DNA from: an uncultured Opitutia bacterium
Lineage (GTDB): Bacteria; Verrucomicrobiota; Verrucomicrobiia; Opitutales; Opitutaceae
Length of the DNA: 64,000 nt
Assembly (NCBI GenBank): GCA_903869665.1
Contig: CAIPZZ010000030.1
Coordinates: forward strand, 12,857-76,856
Direction: 5' to 3'
Shown in pieces: positions 1-8,823 of the stretch (positions within the stretch are counted from its first letter, which is position 1; each line of letters starts with the position of its first letter). Below the pieces are notes generated by a model. The model worked only from the letters and a program-made list of their open reading frames with translations, did not search any database and was not told the DNA's origin. Made by a program: the position numbers and the translations under genes.

Positions 1-29
1 TAGGAGTAAGAGAACGAGAACGATTGGAC

Positions 30-1238
30 CTAGCCCAGCCCGAACGCCGCGTGCGCGACGCGGGCGGCTTCGTCGGCTTGGGCCTTGGCGATAACGACGG
101 AGATTTTGATCTCTGACGTGCTGATGAGTTCGAGATTGATCCCGGCCTTGGCGAGCGCGTCGAAGAGCGTGGCGGCGACACCGCTGTGCGTCCGCATGCC
201 AACGCCGACGACGGAAAGCTTGGCGATCCCTTCGTCAACGGCCACCTCCCCGCCGACTTCCTTGAGGACGGGAGCGAGCGTGAGCTGGGCCTTGGCCTTC
301 TCCGTGAGCGGCACGGTGAAGGTGAGGTTGGCGAGGCCGCCGCGGCCTACGTTTTGGACAATCATGTCCACGTTGATATTGGCGTCGGCGAGGGCGCGGA
401 AGACCTTGGCGGCAGTGCCCGGTTTATCGGCGATGTTGCTGACAACGACCTTGGCTTGGTCTTTGTCCACGGCGACGCCGCGAACGACGACTTTTTCCAT
501 GTAGGCGACTTCTTGTTTCACGATGGTTCCTGGGTTGTGGTTGAAAGAGGAGCGGACTTCGAAAACGACGTTGTATTTGGCGGCAAACTCGACGGAGCGC
601 GTCTGCATGACCTTCGAGCCGAGAGAAGCGAGCTCGAGCATTTCGTCGTAGGAGATTTCATCGAGCTTCTTGGCGGTTTTAACCACGCGCGGGTCGGCAG
701 TGTAAACGCCGTCCACATCGGTGTAGATCTCGCACTTGTCGGCCTGCACGGCGGCGGCGAGGGCGATGGCGGTGAGGTCGGAGCCGCCGCGCCCGAGCGT
801 GGTCACCTGACCCTCTTCGTTAATGCCTTGGAATCCGGCCACGATGACGACCTTGCCGGCCTGGAGGTCGGCGATCACGGGGGCGGCGTTGATGGTTTTG
901 ATTTTGGCCTTGGTGTGGACCTTGTCGGTAAAGATGCCGGCCTGCGCGCCGGTGTAGCTCACGGCGTCCACGCCGACACCGTGCAACGCCATCGCGGTGA
1001 GGGCGATGGTCTCCTGCTCACCGACCGCGAGGAGCTGGTCCATCTCACGCTCGCTGGGATGAGCACAAAGCGCTTGGGCGCGGGCGATGAGCTCGTTGGT
1101 GACACCGGAGCGGGCGGAAACGACGACGACCAACTCGTGGCCTTCGGCGCGGAAGGCCTTGATGCGCTGGGCGACATTTTTGATGCGCTCGACGTCACCT
1201 ACGGAGGTGCCGCCATATTTTTGGACGATTCTAGCCAT
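30..1238 (-). CDS. lysC: aspartate kinase
   Basis: 402-aa ORF starting [15 protein letters not shown] (amino-acid kinase N-terminus) with C-terminal ACT-like regions; ATG at 1238. Confidence 0.95.
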   Translation of the reverse strand: MARIVQKYGGTSVGDVERIKNVAQRIKAFRAEGHELVVVVSARSGVTNELIARAQALCAHPSEREMDQLLAVGEQETIALTAMALHGVGVDAVSYTGAQAGIFTDKVHTKAKIKTINAAPVIADLQAGKVVIVAGFQGINEEGQVTTLGRGGSDLTAIALAAAVQADKCEIYTDVDGVYTADPRVVKTAKKLDEISYDEMLELASLGSKVMQTRSVEFAAKYNVVFEVRSSFNHNPGTIVKQEVAYMEKVVVRGVAVDKDQAKVVVSNIADKPGTAAKVFRALADANINVDMIVQNVGRGGLANLTFTVPLTEKAKAQLTLAPVLKEVGGEVAVDEGIAKLSVVGVGMRTHSGVAATLFDALAKAGINLELISTSEIKISVVIAKAQADEAARVAHAAFGLG

Positions 1239-1254
1239 GAAAGAAGTCTTAAGG

Positions 1255-1285
1255 TCTGAAGGTCGAAAGTTCTGAAGGTCGAAAT
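1255..1285. repeat. 16-nt direct repeat x2 (TCTGAAGGTCGAAA) in hom-lysC spacer
   Basis: TCTGAAGGTCGAAAG at 1255-1269 and TCTGAAGGTCGAAAT at 1271-1285, preceded by a partial TCTTAAGGTC. Confidence 0.8.
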
Positions 1286-1301
1286 GAAAAGCGATGCGGC
1301 C

Positions 1302-2609
1302 TCAGAAATCCGCGATGCGGAGGAGGAGCGGCTCGCCAAGCACGCTACGGAGTTTCTTGAGCCGCGCTAGCGTGGCGTGAATGGCGCGCTCGTCGCTCGT
1401 ATGGGTCGTGAGGAGCAGAGTGGCGGCGGTGGGGCGCGTGCCGGGGCGCTGCAACATGTCGGCAATGCTCACGCCGGCACGGGCCGTGGCGGTGGCAATC
1501 TGGGCGAGCACGCCCGGCTCGTCGCGCACGTCGAGTCGCAGGTAGTAGCGGCTGCGGATGCGCTCGGGCGGCGCGAACGGGACGCGGATGGCGGTGGGAG
1601 CGGCGACCGGCACGCAGCCCTGCCCGCGCCGGAGCAGCAAGGCGGCGTCGGCAATGTCGCTAATGACGGCGCTGGCGGTGGCGTCCTGCCCGGCGCCGCG
1701 GCCGATGTAGGTGGTTTCGCCGACCACATCGCCATTGACCGAGATGCCGTTGAACACGTCGTTGACGTTGGCGAGCACCTTGGTGAGAGGGAGCAGCGTG
1801 GGATGCACGCGCACGCTCAATTCGCCGCTGGCGAAATCGCGCGCGATGACAGCGAGGAGCTTGATGGCGTAGCCATGCTCGCGGGCGAACTGGAGATCGG
1901 TCTGCGTGATGCGGGTGATGCCCTCGACGAGCATTTTTCCGGTCGGCACCCACGCGCCGTGCGCGAGGAAGGCGAGAATACCGGCCTTGTGCGCGGTGTC
2001 CCAGCCCTCGACATCGAGCGACTCGTCGGCCTCCGCGTAGCCGAGGCGCTTGGCGTCGGCGAGGATAACCGGGTAGTCCAGTCCTTCGCGCTCCATCCGG
2101 GTGAGGATATAATTGCAGGTGCCGTTGAGGATGCCGTAGATGCGGCCGAAGCGGTTGGCGACGAGGCCCTCGCGCAGTGCCTTGATGATCGGGATGCCGC
2201 CGGCGACCGACGCCTCGAAAAAGAAATGCCCGCCGTGCTTTTGTGCCGCCGCGAAAATCTCCGGCCCGTGCGCGCAGAGCAGCGCCTTGTTGGCGGAAAC
2301 GACAACCTTGCCCGCGCGGAGTGCCGCCAGCGTAACGTGCCGAGCCACCGTCGTGCCGCCGATCAGCTCGCATACGATGTGGACGGCGGGATCGGTGGCG
2401 ACAGCGAGCGGGTCGGTCGTGAGCTTGGAGGCAGGAATGCGAACGCTGCGCGACTTGCGGAGATCGCGGACGCTGGCGCGAAGGAGATTGAGCCGCACGC
2501 CGAGGCGCGACTCTAGCGCCGCGCGGGAGCGGGCGAGGTGTTTCCACACGCCCTGCCCCACGGTGCCAAGACCGCAAATGCCGATGTTAATGACGGGAAG
2601 CTGGCTCAT
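1302..2609 (-). CDS. hom: homoserine dehydrogenase
   Basis: 435-aa ORF; NAD-binding ICGLGTVGQGV, homoserine DH core and C-terminal ACT domain; start overlaps plsY stop by 4 nt. Confidence 0.93.
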   Translation of the reverse strand: MSQLPVINIGICGLGTVGQGVWKHLARSRAALESRLGVRLNLLRASVRDLRKSRSVRIPASKLTTDPLAVATDPAVHIVCELIGGTTVARHVTLAALRAGKVVVSANKALLCAHGPEIFAAAQKHGGHFFFEASVAGGIPIIKALREGLVANRFGRIYGILNGTCNYILTRMEREGLDYPVILADAKRLGYAEADESLDVEGWDTAHKAGILAFLAHGAWVPTGKMLVEGITRITQTDLQFAREHGYAIKLLAVIARDFASGELSVRVHPTLLPLTKVLANVNDVFNGISVNGDVVGETTYIGRGAGQDATASAVISDIADAALLLRRGQGCVPVAAPTAIRVPFAPPERIRSRYYLRLDVRDEPGVLAQIATATARAGVSIADMLQRPGTRPTAATLLLTTHTSDERAIHATLARLKKLRSVLGEPLLLRIADF

Positions 2610-3319
2610 GCTGAAGGCGGAGACTGAGGTGGCTCAGATTTTTTCACAAACCTGTTTTCCGTGCCATTAAGCAGGCGAACGATGTTCGCCCGATGGCGAA
2701 GAATGACGAAGGCCGCGATGACGGACGCGAGCCCGAGCAGCAGCGGCGGCTGGCCGAGAAAAAACGCGGCGGCCGGTAACGCGACTGCCGCGAGAATGGA
2801 GGCGAGCGAGACGTAGCGAGAGGCGTAGAACGACATCACCCAAGCGGCCGCAGAGATCAGCAAGGGAACGGGCATCAGCACCAGAAAGCCGCCGGCGGTC
2901 GTGGCGACGCCCTTGCCGCCGCGGAATTTAGTGAAACAGGAGAAGCTGTGCCCAAGTAAGGCCGCCACAAGACCGACGGTGCTTATGATTAGAACATCAT
3001 TGTCGGTGTCGAATGATAGATCCAAAAACCCTGGAGATGGCGGCGAGCGCCATTCTGCCACCATCGGGAAAGTCCATTTTGGCCAACCTGCCGCAACCCC
3101 GCCTTTAATCGCGTCGATCACGAACACTGCGTTGCCAAGCAATTTGCCTTCGGGGCCAAATTTTTCTCCGAGCACACGCTTCACGTTAGTTGCGCCCGGG
3201 CTTTTACTGCCATGCTCAAAGATGTTCACGCCCTTCGCCTTCGCCACGAGGTAGCCGACAGGCAACGAGCCGAGCAGGTAGCCGACGATAGCGACGATGA
3301 TGAATGGGAACAAAGGCAT
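2606..3319 (-). CDS. plsY: glycerol-3-phosphate acyltransferase PlsY
   Basis: 237-aa polytopic membrane ORF; PlsY-type N-terminus IVGYLLGSLPVGYLVAK and SKSPGATNVKRVLG motif. Confidence 0.9.
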   Translation of the reverse strand: MPLFPFIIVAIVGYLLGSLPVGYLVAKAKGVNIFEHGSKSPGATNVKRVLGEKFGPEGKLLGNAVFVIDAIKGGVAAGWPKWTFPMVAEWRSPPSPGFLDLSFDTDNDVLIISTVGLVAALLGHSFSCFTKFRGGKGVATTAGGFLVLMPVPLLISAAAWVMSFYASRYVSLASILAAVALPAAAFFLGQPPLLLGLASVIAAFVILRHRANIVRLLNGTENRFVKKSEPPQSPPSA

Positions 3320-3438
3320 GACAAGGTGGAGCGCGGCGTCCCGACGCGCTCAGGCTCGCGTGAGGTTTTCAGAACGCGCCCGGAGGTCGCGTTCCACCTT
3401 TCGGAACGGCAGTGCGCGCGACAATGGTTCGCGCGCGC

Positions 3439-5028
3439 TCACAGCACCACGAACTTCGCCAGCTTGATCGCGGGATGGCCCTTAATTTCGGCGCGGGCTT
3501 TCTCGCTTGGCTCGCTGTCCACGCGGACGACGAGCAGTGCGCGGCCACCAGCGGCAAGGCGCGAGAGTGACATGTCGGCAATGTTGACGCCGTCCTTGCC
3601 GAGGATGGTGCCGACGGTGCCAACCATACCCGGCTGGTCGTTGTTCTCGATGACCAGCAGCTTGCCCTCGGCGGCGACCTCGACCTCGCGGCCGTTGATG
3701 CCGACGATGCGCGGCTGGTTGCCGCGGCCGGTGAAAGTGCCCTGAGCTGAACAGATGGTGCCATCGGCCGCGACGGCGGCGACCTCGATGAGGTCGGTGT
3801 AACCGCTATCGGTGCCGGACTTCACCACCTCGGCTTGGAGGCCGAGGCGCGCGAACGCGGCGGGCACGTTGACGAAATTGACTTCCGAGCCGCTGATGCG
3901 GCCGAGGAAACCGAGCTGGATGGAGCGTGTGACGACGTTGACGTCGAGGTCGGCGACCTTGCCCCAGTAGGTGATGCGGAGGGTCGCGACCTGCGGCGGT
4001 CCGATCTGTTGCACGAGCGTGCCGAGCTTTTTACCCAAATCGAGATAGGGTCCGAGGAGCTTGCGGGTGGCGGCGTCAATCGGCGGAAGGTTGACGGAGT
4101 TACGGATGTCGCCGCCCTTGAGCACGTCGGCGATCTGCTCGGCGACTTCGATGCCGACGGACTCCTGCGCCTCAGCGGTGGAGGCGCCGAGGTGCGGGGT
4201 GAGGACGACGTTGGGCAGCGAGCGCAGCGGGTGGTCCTTGGCGAGCGGCTCGTCCTCAAACACGTCGAGGCCGGCGGCGGCGACCTGGCCGCTCTTGAGC
4301 GCCTCAACCAGTGCGGCCTCTTTGATGATGCCGCCACGGGCGCAGTTGAAGATGCGGAGCCCCTTTTTCGCTTTCGCAAACGCAGCCTCGTCAATCATGT
4401 ATTTCGTGTCGTCCGTGAGCGGCATGTGGACGGTGATGTAATTCGACTGCCGGAGCAGCTCGTCGAGGGAAACGCCCTCGACTTGCATGGCCTTGGCGCG
4501 GCTGGGCGAGAGATAGGGGTCGTAAGCCAGCACGCGCATCCCGAAGGCCAGTGCGCGCTTAGCGACCTCGCCACCGATGCGGCCGAGTCCGACGACGCCA
4601 AGGGTCTTCTTGAACAGCTCGATGCCGGAGAAGCTCTTCCGGTCCCACTCGCCGCGTTTCATCGAGGCGCCGGCCTGCGGCACGGGCCGCGCGCCGCAGA
4701 GGATATGCGTGAACGTGAGCTCGGCGGTGGCGATGGTGTTGCCCGAAGGCGTGTTCATCACGATCACGCCGCGCTCGGTGGCGGCATCCACGTCCACGTT
4801 GTCCACGCCCACGCCGGCGCGGCCGACGACCTTGAGCAAGGGCGCAGCGGCGAAGACGGCGGCGGTGATCTTCGTCTCCGAGCGGACGGCGATGGCGTGC
4901 ACGTCCTTGACCAGCTCGAGGATTTTCTCTGGCGAGGAGCCGTAGGCCTCCACGACTTCAAAGCCCGGCTGCTGGCGCAGATAGGCGACGCCCTTGGGTG
5001 AGATCTTGTCGGCGACGAGGACTTTCAT
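3439..5028 (-). CDS. serA: D-3-phosphoglycerate dehydrogenase
   Basis: ORF 3439..5073; homology starts at MKVLVADKISPKG (ATG 5028); NAD-binding GVVGLGRIGGEV, 2-hydroxyacid DH catalytic core, C-terminal ACT domain. Confidence 0.93.
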   Translation of the reverse strand: MKVLVADKISPKGVAYLRQQPGFEVVEAYGSSPEKILELVKDVHAIAVRSETKITAAVFAAAPLLKVVGRAGVGVDNVDVDAATERGVIVMNTPSGNTIATAELTFTHILCGARPVPQAGASMKRGEWDRKSFSGIELFKKTLGVVGLGRIGGEVAKRALAFGMRVLAYDPYLSPSRAKAMQVEGVSLDELLRQSNYITVHMPLTDDTKYMIDEAAFAKAKKGLRIFNCARGGIIKEAALVEALKSGQVAAAGLDVFEDEPLAKDHPLRSLPNVVLTPHLGASTAEAQESVGIEVAEQIADVLKGGDIRNSVNLPPIDAATRKLLGPYLDLGKKLGTLVQQIGPPQVATLRITYWGKVADLDVNVVTRSIQLGFLGRISGSEVNFVNVPAAFARLGLQAEVVKSGTDSGYTDLIEVAAVAADGTICSAQGTFTGRGNQPRIVGINGREVEVAAEGKLLVIENNDQPGMVGTVGTILGKDGVNIADMSLSRLAAGGRALLVVRVDSEPSEKARAEIKGHPAIKLAKFVVL

Positions 5029-5106
5029 GGTGAAAAGGAGGGGTAGCAAACCAACCCTGCGGGCGGCAGGCAAGGAAAAGCTCGCCGGGATAATGGCTCA
5101 ATTTGT

Positions 5107-5195
5107 CCTTGCGAAGAGCGGCGACGACGAAGCAATCCATCTGAAATCTCAGCTGGATCGCCACGCCCGGCTGCGCCGGGCTCGCGATGACAAGG
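5107..5195 (-). repeat. MITE-like palindromic element, copy A
   Basis: Reverse complement starts CCTTGTCATCGCGAGCCCGGCGCAGCC and ends GATGGATTGCTTCGTCG..CTCTTCGCAAGG; near-identical termini to the copy at 62436-62564. Confidence 0.7.
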
Positions 5196-5328
5196 CAAAC
5201 TCCACCGCGACAGCCGGTGTGCTGCCACCAACCCACCCACGCCCATGCCATCTTATTACGCCGAGGAAAAGGAACTCGTCCCAATAAAAAACGTAACCGA
5301 TCCAATCGATTTACAGAATTGATTATTA

Positions 5329-6156
5329 TTAATGTGCATGAGTAGCCATATAACGATCCAAAATTAATTGGACTGCTTTGGCATGTTCAGCATGGGCTGT
5401 GGCAAAATTCGACAATTCAGCCATTTGGGCGCTGTTCAGATATTGCGACGCATGGCGCATCACTGCGTCATTAAAATAGTCATGCCACAAATCTATATTA
5501 TCGGCATTGGCCGCGGCGAGATCCGTTAATAAATAGTGCTGTTGTGGTTCATCTAGCGCATCCAACGATTTGGAAACAAGATTTTTTTGAAGTGGATCAA
5601 GGACGGCACCTCGCAGCGCCCTAGTTTCCATATAAAATATATACTCCGCATAACGTTCTTCGCCCAACATATTTTTCATCTCTATATCGGGTTCCGATTT
5701 AGCGTTTGCCAGACGATCCTTCCAGTCAGATGGAAGTGCAAATGGAGGGGTAAAAGATTCCCGCACATTGCTGCCGGGTAGCTGCAGAATGATACGTTTA
5801 TCCCGAATATCAAGAAAAACAGCCTCAATTCTCAATTGTCTACTAATCAGCAGTGTTTTTGCACGCTCATATTCTACAGGCGATAATTTCAATTTTTCAA
5901 TCAATTTGCTGTATCGGGTTTCAAATGTTCGATCCAAAGAAAGAGCCGCTGAAACTAGGCGTTGCGTGTCTTGAACCGCACTAACGTCCGTTTGCAAAGT
6001 CGACCGGACAAATACGCCGGATGATTTTATAGCTGATTGAGGCGAATAAGATTGTGCTTTGTTTAGAATTCGTTCACCCGTATACTTGAAAATTAGATGC
6101 CACGTCAGTAAACTGAGCGCACTTAGGATTAACAAAATTGTGGTTAACTTTTTCAT
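5329..6156 (-). CDS. hypothetical membrane-anchored/secreted protein in an AT-rich islet
   Basis: 275-aa ORF, N-terminal hydrophobic helix MKKLTTILLILSALSLLTW; about 42% GC by hand count versus about 65% in flanks; no family recognised. Confidence 0.6.
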   Translation of the reverse strand: MKKLTTILLILSALSLLTWHLIFKYTGERILNKAQSYSPQSAIKSSGVFVRSTLQTDVSAVQDTQRLVSAALSLDRTFETRYSKLIEKLKLSPVEYERAKTLLISRQLRIEAVFLDIRDKRIILQLPGSNVRESFTPPFALPSDWKDRLANAKSEPDIEMKNMLGEERYAEYIFYMETRALRGAVLDPLQKNLVSKSLDALDEPQQHYLLTDLAAANADNIDLWHDYFNDAVMRHASQYLNSAQMAELSNFATAHAEHAKAVQLILDRYMATHAH

Positions 6157-6244
6157 TTGTATTTTTAGTAGGGGCCAATAATCCTGAATTCTACTCCGAC
6201 TTGCTTAGATTGCGTCAACAAATTTTGGCCGCTCTTTGCTGCCC

Positions 6245-7417
6245 TCACTTCAGCATCCGCACGCGGCGGTCCTTGCGGGGAAAGTCGAGCGTGACGACCG
6301 TGCCGACACCCTCCTTGCTCTCGACGGCGGCGTGGCCGCCGTGCTCGCGCATGATTCGCTGCACGATCATCAGGCCGAGGCCGTGGCCGCCGGGCTTGGT
6401 CGTGTGGTAGGGCTGGAAAATCCGCGCCAAGTCCTCGGGCCGGATGCCGCTGCCGGTGTCGCCGAAGAGGAGATAGACGCGCTCGTCGTCGGCGCGGGTG
6501 CGGATGCGGAGGCGTCCGCCGGGGCGCATGGCCTCGGCGGCGTTCTTGATGAGGTTGAAGAATATCTGCTTGAGCTGGTTGCGGTCGGCCATGACCGGAG
6601 GGAGCGCGGCGGGCGTTTCGGCCTCGACGGTGATGCCGCGGTCGGCGAGCTCTTGCTGCTGGAACCGCAGCACCTCGGCGAGCACAGCGGCGAGGTCGGT
6701 CTCGGCGAGGTCGGGCGGGCGCGGGCGAATGGCCTCGAGAAAGTTGGCGATGATGCCGTCGAGCCGGACGACCTCGGCCTCGCACACGCGCAGGGACTCG
6801 GCGAGGGCGGCCGCGTCCTTCGCGGCGGCGGGCGTCTTCGCGGCGGAAAGTTTTGGCAGTTTCCGCGCGGCGAGCTGAAGGTGGATCGTGAGCGAGTTAA
6901 GTGGATTACCAAGCTCGTGGGCGACTCCGGCGGCGAGCAGGCGCAGCGAGGCGCTGCTCTCGGCGGCGATGCGCTCCTCGGTGCTGGCCTTCTCGCGCGT
7001 GATGTCGGCGAGGATGATGGCAAACCGCCGCGCCGCTCCGCCCTCCCCAGTGGCGAAGGGCAGCAGGTGCAACCGCACGGTGCGCGGCTCGGGATAGGTC
7101 AGCTCAAACTCATGCGTGGCGGCCGCCGCGCCGTCGCCAGCGGGCAGGCGTAGGCCGGGCACGAGTCGGCGGAGTGTCTCGCCAGCCAGCTCCTGGTCGC
7201 CGAGTCCGATGAGTCGGCGGGCGGCGGCGTTGGCGTATTCGATGCGGCCGTCGGCGTCGGCCACGAGCACGCCGTCTTGGAGGGTGTTGAAGATGCCCTC
7301 GAATAGTCCGCGCTCGCGGGCGAGTCGCTGGGCAAGGTTGGCGAGGTTGACCGGGTCAAGCGAGCCGAGTCGGCCGAGCACGCGGTCGAGCGGGGAGGGT
7401 TTCTTGCTGCTGGCCAT
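6245..7417 (-). CDS. PAS-domain sensor histidine kinase
   Basis: 390-aa ORF; PAS-like N-terminus, H-box AAGVAHELGNPLNSL, ATPase boxes NLIKNAAEAM / GDTGSGI / GGHGLGL; no adjacent response regulator. Confidence 0.85.
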   Translation of the reverse strand: MASSKKPSPLDRVLGRLGSLDPVNLANLAQRLARERGLFEGIFNTLQDGVLVADADGRIEYANAAARRLIGLGDQELAGETLRRLVPGLRLPAGDGAAAATHEFELTYPEPRTVRLHLLPFATGEGGAARRFAIILADITREKASTEERIAAESSASLRLLAAGVAHELGNPLNSLTIHLQLAARKLPKLSAAKTPAAAKDAAALAESLRVCEAEVVRLDGIIANFLEAIRPRPPDLAETDLAAVLAEVLRFQQQELADRGITVEAETPAALPPVMADRNQLKQIFFNLIKNAAEAMRPGGRLRIRTRADDERVYLLFGDTGSGIRPEDLARIFQPYHTTKPGGHGLGLMIVQRIMREHGGHAAVESKEGVGTVVTLDFPRKDRRVRMLK

Positions 7418-7422
7418 CGAGG

Positions 7423-7518
7423 GAAATGCGGAGGGCGGATTTCAGAGTGCGGAATGAAACACACGCCAGTCCTGAACGCATTTCTATTCCGTAGTCCGCA
7501 GTCCGCAATCCGCATTTC
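7423..7518. repeat. stuttered hairpin (TCCGCA heptamer family)
   Basis: Left arm 7423-7456 and right arm 7485-7518 are imperfect reverse complements; right arm is four 7-nt units (TTCCGTA GTCCGCA GTCCGCA ATCCGCA). Confidence 0.75.
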
Positions 7519-8271
7519 TCAGAACATGTCGAGCTGCGCCGGGTCCACCCGGCCGGCGAAGAGTTTCCGCAGAAACAGGACGCGGTGCTGCGGGCAGCGC
7601 CCGAGGCGCAAGATGGTGTCGCGGTGTTCCTCGGTGCCGTAACCCTTGTGCTGCGCGAAACCGTAGCCGGGGTGCTGCGCGTCGAGCTCGTCCATCTGGC
7701 GGTCACGCGTGACTTTGGCGACGATGCTCGCCATTGCGACGCAGAGCGAGCGGGCGTCGCCGTTGACGACGCCGTCGTGCGGATAGGGAAAATTCCGCAG
7801 CGGCAGCCCGTCCACTAGGATGCGCGCCGAAATCTGCGGCTGAAAATTTTTCACCTCCTCCGCGCCGGCGAAGAGGTCCGGCTCCTCGCGCCGGGCGAAG
7901 GCCGACGGCGGCCAGAAACCCTCGAGCGCGCGGCGCATGGCGAGCTTGGTCGCGCCAAGGATGTTGAGCCGCTCGATCTCGTCCACGTCGGCCGCGCCGT
8001 GGTGCGCGTGGATCTGGCCCTGCGCCGCGAGCGCCTCGAATTCTGCGAACAGCTCCGCACGTTCGCTGGGCGTGAGCTGCTTTGAGTCGTTGACGCGGCC
8101 TGACTTCGCCACGGCCCAGCGGCTTTCGAGAAATTCCTGCGTCACGATCACCGCCCCCGCCACAACCGGCCCGGCGAGCGCGCCGCGCCCGGCCTCGTCC
8201 ACGCCGAGCAGGCTGGCGAAGCCGAAGACCTGCTTCAGGTCGAACGCACGGAGCTGGCGGCGCTTGGGCAT
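7519..8271 (-). CDS. rnhB: ribonuclease HII
   Basis: ORF 7519..8505 but homology starts at MPKRRQLRAFDL (ATG 8271); catalytic GVDEAGRGALAGPVV motif. Confidence 0.9.
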   Translation of the reverse strand: MPKRRQLRAFDLKQVFGFASLLGVDEAGRGALAGPVVAGAVIVTQEFLESRWAVAKSGRVNDSKQLTPSERAELFAEFEALAAQGQIHAHHGAADVDEIERLNILGATKLAMRRALEGFWPPSAFARREEPDLFAGAEEVKNFQPQISARILVDGLPLRNFPYPHDGVVNGDARSLCVAMASIVAKVTRDRQMDELDAQHPGYGFAQHKGYGTEEHRDTILRLGRCPQHRVLFLRKLFAGRVDPAQLDMF

Positions 8272-8366
8272 GGGCGGATTTAGCGGCGGCGGAGGCAGGC
8301 GCGCAAGCGCGCTTGCCACCGGTTTGGGGTTGCCGGGCCGGCGCGCGCACGACAGCCTCCATCGCG

Positions 8367-8792
8367 ATGAACGAGCTGCGTGAATGCTACCGTTTGCTGG
8401 AGACCGCCCCCAACTCCTCCCCGGAGGAGTTGAAGCGCGCCTACCGGGATCTGGTAAAGGTCTGGCATCCCGACCGGTTCGCCGACGACCCGCGCCTACA
8501 GGCACGCGCGCAGGAAAAATTGAAGCAAATCAACCAAGCCTACGAGGCCGTCTGCGAGCCGAGGTTCGTCCCGCCTCCGCCTGCGGCCGCTACCGCTCGT
8601 CCGTCGGCCCCGTCGCCGCGGACATGGGGCCCGGACGACATACCGGCCGACCCCGAGCCTCCGCCGCCCCGGCGCAAGCCGGTCTGGAGCCCAGCACTCG
8701 TGGCCGCCGTCCCGGTGTTTGTCGTGCTTCAGGTCGTCATGCTCGCGCTCATTCTCTCGGTGATTGGCACGGTGCTCTGGGCCCGGCCGTAA
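8367..8792 (+). CDS. J-domain (DnaJ-like) membrane protein
   Basis: ATG 8367; J domain with HPD motif (YRDLVKVWHPDRF), Pro-rich linker, C-terminal TM helix. Confidence 0.75.
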   Translation: MNELRECYRLLETAPNSSPEELKRAYRDLVKVWHPDRFADDPRLQARAQEKLKQINQAYEAVCEPRFVPPPPAAATARPSAPSPRTWGPDDIPADPEPPPPRRKPVWSPALVAAVPVFVVLQVVMLALILSVIGTVLWARP

Positions 8793-8823
8793 GTGGGCCA
8801 ACGCGCCTGGTAACTCGCCGCGC

